A stretch of 32,000 nt of DNA, taken from sequence record PQ008972.1. The stretch is one strand, 5' to 3'. The position numbers and the translations under genes were made by a program. This document shows, in pieces, positions 28,450-32,000 of this stretch. Origin of the DNA: Pectobacterium phage Koroua. The notes beneath the pieces were generated by a model that was not told the DNA's origin, did no database searches, and saw only the letters and a list, made by a program, of their open reading frames with translations. The first letter of the stretch is position 1. Every line of letters begins with the position of its first letter.

Positions 28450-30142
28450 TGAATACCTTCCTGCTGATTACGTGTTTTTTCCCATCGTTGATAATACGAT
28501 GAGTGACTTTTTTAGGACGCATAAACTCGCCAGAAACTGCCATTATTTGTCCTATATTTTTCAGTCTGGATATCTCACGTTTACGAGTGCTATTCATAAC
28601 GTGTTTATCAACTCCACTAAATTTCCAATGCGCCCTTGCTCCAGCGTTATCTGATAGGGGCCAGAATATTTCGTATGCCCTGAATGGTTCCATTCCATCG
28701 CGTTCAAGGTCGTAACGAAAAGTTATGCCATTTCCGCATCTGGTCGGCTCAATATTGAATCCGACGACATTAACGAAATCATCAACCGTATAGGCCTTAC
28801 CCCCTAAATTCTTGTTGGGATCGATGAGTTGGATCCCGCAGTTTCGGCAAAATCTTGCGACGATATCATTTTCAGTTCCGCATCCTGATGCTACCAGCTC
28901 ACCTCTATCATTCGTGACATCTTCGCAGATTCTTGCCGTCCAGAAATATTCACATCGGTTGCCATTATCATCAACTTTGCGACAGCGCCGTGCGTGCTCT
29001 CCGTTCATCGTTCCGCATGCTGGACATTCCTTAATCATCCCTTTATCGGTATCTTTGACGTATTGGTATTGCTCCAAAAATGGATTGAAATATAGATCTG
29101 CTAAATCATCCATAGCGCCAGCGTAATCCAGAACCATGTTATCTATTTTGTATATACCAAGCTTCTCATGCAGCGGTTTTAATTTACGCATCCCTCGACC
29201 GATTAACTGTTCCAATAACGTTAACGAACCGATCCGGCGCAGGATAACAATCGTATCCCACGGCGGGCAGTTAATCCCTGTCGTCAGACATCCCACCTGA
29301 AATATAAACTTCACCTTACCCATGAATGAATCTTCGAGTAACTGCTTCCTGTCTCTCGCCGATGTATCCTGAGTCACGATCCCGTATGATATGCCGTCTG
29401 GCAACGCACTTGCCGCCTCTTGACAGTGTTTTCTCCCCGCGCAGGTAACCAGCACACCATTTCGACTTTTTGTTTTTTCTACGACATCCAGCATTATTTT
29501 TTGTGTTGTTGTCCCCTGCGATAATATTTTTTTCTGCATGCGGATCATGTCTGCGTCTGAGTAGTCACCAGCGCCGATATTACCATCGCTATGAAACTCG
29601 CTCAGGTCATAGCGAATATCCTCATCAATGATTCCGAAATTTGTAGGGACTACCGAACCGAATTCGACAAGATATTCTGTTGAAATATCGACAACGGCTT
29701 TTCTCCAAAATCCAGGGGTATTCAGATTCGTGTTAATGATCGGCTCTACACCACGAAAATCTGTTCCGGTATAACCGATGATGATTAATTCTCTGCCATA
29801 TTTAGCGCGACATCTACGCTGAAGTTCACGGATGATTAACGTATATGATTTTCTTCCCGCCTCACGCATCTGTTCTAACGTGGTTTCAGGGGGTACGGTT
29901 TTTCCTGTTAATGGGTGCGGTTTTTTCCCTGTTTCCTGGCTATCAACGATGTCATCAACATCTACATGCTGACAATTATGCGCGACGATGCCATTTGCAA
30001 AAAAATTATGATGGATGGGCATTTCTATGTCCCACACTTCACTATGACCACTATCAGTGATTGATACTATTTCAGATGATTTTGTATTCCATGCCATTAG
30101 CCATGTGTTTTTCAACTCTTGACATAAAATCTTTAGATTCAT
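28430..30142 (-). CDS. C-terminal intein half (IntC) fused to C-terminal part of SF2 helicase
   Basis: 570 aa; begins MNLKILCQELKNTWLMAWNTKSSEIVSITDSGHSEVWDIEMPIHHNFFANGIVAHN|CQHVD, then helicase C motifs (GVLVTCAGRKHCQEAA, FIFQVGCLTTGINCPPWDTIVILR, LLEQLIGRGMRK) and Cys-rich zinc ribbons. SD-like TAAGGA 9 nt upstream. Confidence 0.88.
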   Translation of the reverse strand: MNLKILCQELKNTWLMAWNTKSSEIVSITDSGHSEVWDIEMPIHHNFFANGIVAHNCQHVDVDDIVDSQETGKKPHPLTGKTVPPETTLEQMREAGRKSYTLIIRELQRRCRAKYGRELIIIGYTGTDFRGVEPIINTNLNTPGFWRKAVVDISTEYLVEFGSVVPTNFGIIDEDIRYDLSEFHSDGNIGAGDYSDADMIRMQKKILSQGTTTQKIMLDVVEKTKSRNGVLVTCAGRKHCQEAASALPDGISYGIVTQDTSARDRKQLLEDSFMGKVKFIFQVGCLTTGINCPPWDTIVILRRIGSLTLLEQLIGRGMRKLKPLHEKLGIYKIDNMVLDYAGAMDDLADLYFNPFLEQYQYVKDTDKGMIKECPACGTMNGEHARRCRKVDDNGNRCEYFWTARICEDVTNDRGELVASGCGTENDIVARFCRNCGIQLIDPNKNLGGKAYTVDDFVNVVGFNIEPTRCGNGITFRYDLERDGMEPFRAYEIFWPLSDNAGARAHWKFSGVDKHVMNSTRKREISRLKNIGQIMAVSGEFMRPKKVTHRIINDGKKHVISRKVFIDESDI

Positions 30143-31114
30143 TTTTACCCATCCTTATACATTCAAGTTGTCTTTTTTTACTTCCGCCAACATATTTATG
30201 AATATTAACGCCGTCAGAACTAATGAATTTTCTTAGCGCATCCCTAATGTTGATAACCATCTCATGAGTTTTACCTTCGGTATGCATAAAACATATCTCA
30301 TTTTTTTTGTCTAGGTGCCCATCATCGCCGTAATACCACGCCCATCCAAAATCATTTAGCTCGAAAGCTATTCCTGATTCATCAATCAAACCCTTGCTAT
30401 CACCATACTTATTTGAATACTCAGTTAGCTTTGGGTGGCATCCTGTTTTAATGCAGTACCAGTTTTCACCAAACCCAGGGTTTTTCTTCTCTGAAAATGA
30501 AGAACCAAGAAATGAGAAAAATTCATTCTTGAACTTGGCATGATCTGAGCTACCCATATTCCATACCAATCTATGATTAGATCTTACAGTTGGCCTGATA
30601 AGACAGCCATCACCCAATATTGATGCAATTATTGCCTGATGTTGAAATTCATCAAAATCAGCGTTTGCCGGATGTTTGTAATACTGATGCTTATTCAAAT
30701 AATCCCTAAAATTCACATTCCCACCATTACCTATAAGGAATGAGATTGCAGCATTAGTTATAGACACATTCGGCATAGTTTTGCCACCACAGCCGCACTT
30801 GCACGAACCAGACGACTCAAGAATGAGTCTTGCTGCGAGCTTAGCGTCAGACTCTCCCCGATTTTTAGTGAATCCGCTCGACGCCATGAGCCTTGAGACA
30901 ATAGCTTGTGATTCCCCGTGCATGTTATAACCTCTCCACTTGAAAGTTTGATTGATGATACACGTCTTATGCCATTACTGAAAACTCTTTTCGGATTGTG
31001 ATAATAATGGTTACCATTATCATCAATACACATTATCGATGATTTGATTAATGCAGGATCGTCAATTCTCATCTTTCCATATTTTGTTTCTATCAATGTG
31101 TCACCAGTCACGCA
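29975..31114 (-). mobile_element. Fractured/split intein inserted in the DExx box of the helicase, carrying an out-of-frame endonuclease ORF
   Basis: LLIDE|C (Cys1 at 31112-31114) ... AHN (29975-29977)|CQHVD. 1140-nt element; N- and C-halves share one frame but are separated by a stop codon at 30758-30760. Confidence 0.88.
30072..30923 (-). CDS. LAGLIDADG-type homing endonuclease in a different frame, overlapping both intein halves
   Basis: 283 aa; FQHQAIIASILGDGCLIRPT...SSDHAKFKNEFFSFLG and FGWAWYYGDDGHLDKKNEICFMHTEGKTHEMVINIRDAL. SD-like GGAGAGG 7 nt before the ATG. Confidence 0.85.
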   Translation of the reverse strand: MHGESQAIVSRLMASSGFTKNRGESDAKLAARLILESSGSCKCGCGGKTMPNVSITNAAISFLIGNGGNVNFRDYLNKHQYYKHPANADFDEFQHQAIIASILGDGCLIRPTVRSNHRLVWNMGSSDHAKFKNEFFSFLGSSFSEKKNPGFGENWYCIKTGCHPKLTEYSNKYGDSKGLIDESGIAFELNDFGWAWYYGDDGHLDKKNEICFMHTEGKTHEMVINIRDALRKFISSDGVNIHKYVGGSKKRQLECIRMGKNESKDFMSRVEKHMANGMEYKII

Positions 31115-31591
31115 CTCATCAATCAATAGAGCGCGAGGGACAAAATCGGCCAATTTCTTTTCCAGCGCATTAACGACAGTCCCTTCACTGCCAGCTATGA
31201 CGGGATAGTAAGTTGATTTTTTGTTAAGGCCAGCGCAAAAAATACTATTAGGAACGCCGAAATCGATCATTTCTTTTGCGTCCTGGCTCACGATTTCAGC
31301 CTGACGAGATAATATCAGGCATGGGAATCCTGGTGCGGTAATGTCACCCTTCGTCATTGTTTCGTGTAACTGCATGCAGCGTTTTGCGAACATCGAAATA
31401 AGGATGGTTTTACCCGCCGATACGCTGGCCTTTATGATGAAAGGGTGAGTGTATTTCCTCACCTCTTCTGATGTAACTCGGTGCGTAGCGTATTGATATG
31501 GATACGGGTCATACGGCATTTGCCCGAGAGATTTTCGCATGCCGTCAATGTCGGTTTCCGCGATCTGCTCTTTGATGTTTTTCACGATCAC
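30758..31591 (-). CDS. N-terminal part of SF2 helicase fused to IntN
   Basis: The track ORF extends to 31636 (TTG start), but AAGGGG 9 nt upstream of a GTG at 31589-31591 is a better start. Walker A FIIKASVSAGKTILI; DExx box LLIDE; IntN CVTGDTLIETKYGKMRIDD...SSGEVITCTGNHKLL...ADSLKIGESL. Confidence 0.85.
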   Translation of the reverse strand: MIVKNIKEQIAETDIDGMRKSLGQMPYDPYPYQYATHRVTSEEVRKYTHPFIIKASVSAGKTILISMFAKRCMQLHETMTKGDITAPGFPCLILSRQAEIVSQDAKEMIDFGVPNSIFCAGLNKKSTYYPVIAGSEGTVVNALEKKLADFVPRALLIDECVTGDTLIETKYGKMRIDDPALIKSSIMCIDDNGNHYYHNPKRVFSNGIRRVSSIKLSSGEVITCTGNHKLLSQGSWRRADSLKIGESLTLSSQQDSFLSRLVRASAAVVAKLCRMCL

Positions 31592-31604
31592 TATAAATAT
31601 CCCC

Positions 31605-31633
31605 TTGCGATAATCCGATACGGGATGTATTAT
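31605..31633 (+). promoter_or_regulatory. Candidate promoter for the primase gene
   Basis: TTGCGA (31605-31610), 17-bp spacer, TATTAT (31628-31633). Confidence 0.35.
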
Positions 31634-31657
31634 CAATGCGTAATATGATTACGTCAA
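31629..31657 (-). promoter_or_regulatory. Candidate promoter for the helicase/recombination operon
   Basis: Minus strand TTGACG (complement of 31652-31657), 17-bp spacer, GATAAT (complement of 31629-31634). Confidence 0.6.
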
Positions 31658-31667
31658 GGGTTTATGT

Positions 31668-32000
31668 ATGCCTAATTACGATAAGAAAGATGTTTTATCA
31701 GCAATGAGCGGCAAGTGGGAGCATGCGCTATCAGAGCTATGCGGGTGGGATCGCAATTCTTTTAATACTCGCAAGCATGGGCCATGTCCGGTGTGCGGGG
31801 GTAAAGATCGTTTCCGCTGGGGCATGAACAAGGCGTCAGCAAAAGACAAGGGGATGGGTTGGTGCAATAATTGTGGGTCGCATGATGGCGTATGGTGGTT
31901 CGCTGAGGCAAGAAAAGAGCGCATGGGTGATGCGATAAACACTCTTGGTGAATGGTTGGGTGGGATGACAGTTGAACAAAAAAATCATGTCGCTGAACAG
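31668..32000 (+). CDS. Phage primase (zinc-binding N-terminus), truncated by window edge
   Basis: Open from ATG 31668 to window end: MPNYDKKDVLSAMSGKWEHALSELCGW...KHGPCPVCGGKDRFRW...GWCNNCGSHDGVWW. Confidence 0.82.
   Translation, partial: MPNYDKKDVLSAMSGKWEHALSELCGWDRNSFNTRKHGPCPVCGGKDRFRWGMNKASAKDKGMGWCNNCGSHDGVWWFAEARKERMGDAINTLGEWLGGMTVEQKNHVAEQ

Noticed and set aside
28472-29126. Several plus-strand ORFs opposite the helicase C-half
   Set aside because: No motifs; antisense to a strongly supported helicase region.
30071-31114. Simple sequencing-error explanation (two indels) for the broken helicase intein
   Set aside because: Not excluded, but disfavoured: both downstream ORFs have their own SD-like sequences and starts, and the IntN and IntC halves are complete. 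It should be checked by resequencing.

Overview
The window is most of the structural half, plus part of the recombination/replication module, of a lambda-like siphophage or prophage. The host is probably enterobacterial. Left to right on +: TerS, small accessory ORFs, TerL (interrupted by an intein), DUF4055-type portal, SPP1-gp7-like minor head protein, tRNA-Ile2(CAU), scaffold, major capsid, head-tail connectors, tail tube, tail chaperones, tape measure, M/L/K/I/J-like tail-tip proteins, and distal tail proteins. On -: a Gly-rich hexanucleotide-repeat ORF with its partner, an XRE regulator, SSB, ERF-family annealing protein, RecE/Exo8-like nuclease, VRR-NUC nuclease and an SF2 helicase (also interrupted by an intein). 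A divergent primase runs off the right edge on +. The main observations are two mobile inteins, each in an ATPase active-site motif, whose homing endonuclease ORFs are not in the intein reading frame. (1) The TerL intein (2604-3467) splits the Walker A motif. It is a continuous sense ORF, but an HTH-HNH endonuclease ORF lies on the OPPOSITE strand inside it (2644-3342), with a Shine-Dalgarno-like sequence. The sense-strand intein linker is therefore the complement of an endonuclease gene. (2) The helicase intein (29975-31114 on -) splits the DExx box. It is broken into an IntN cistron, an overlapping LAGLIDADG-type ORF in another frame with its own SD-like sequence, and an IntC cistron with its own SD-like sequence, which is a compact overlapping 'fractured gene'/split-intein arrangement. 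These readings rest on motifs seen in the translations; no database searches or experiments were done.
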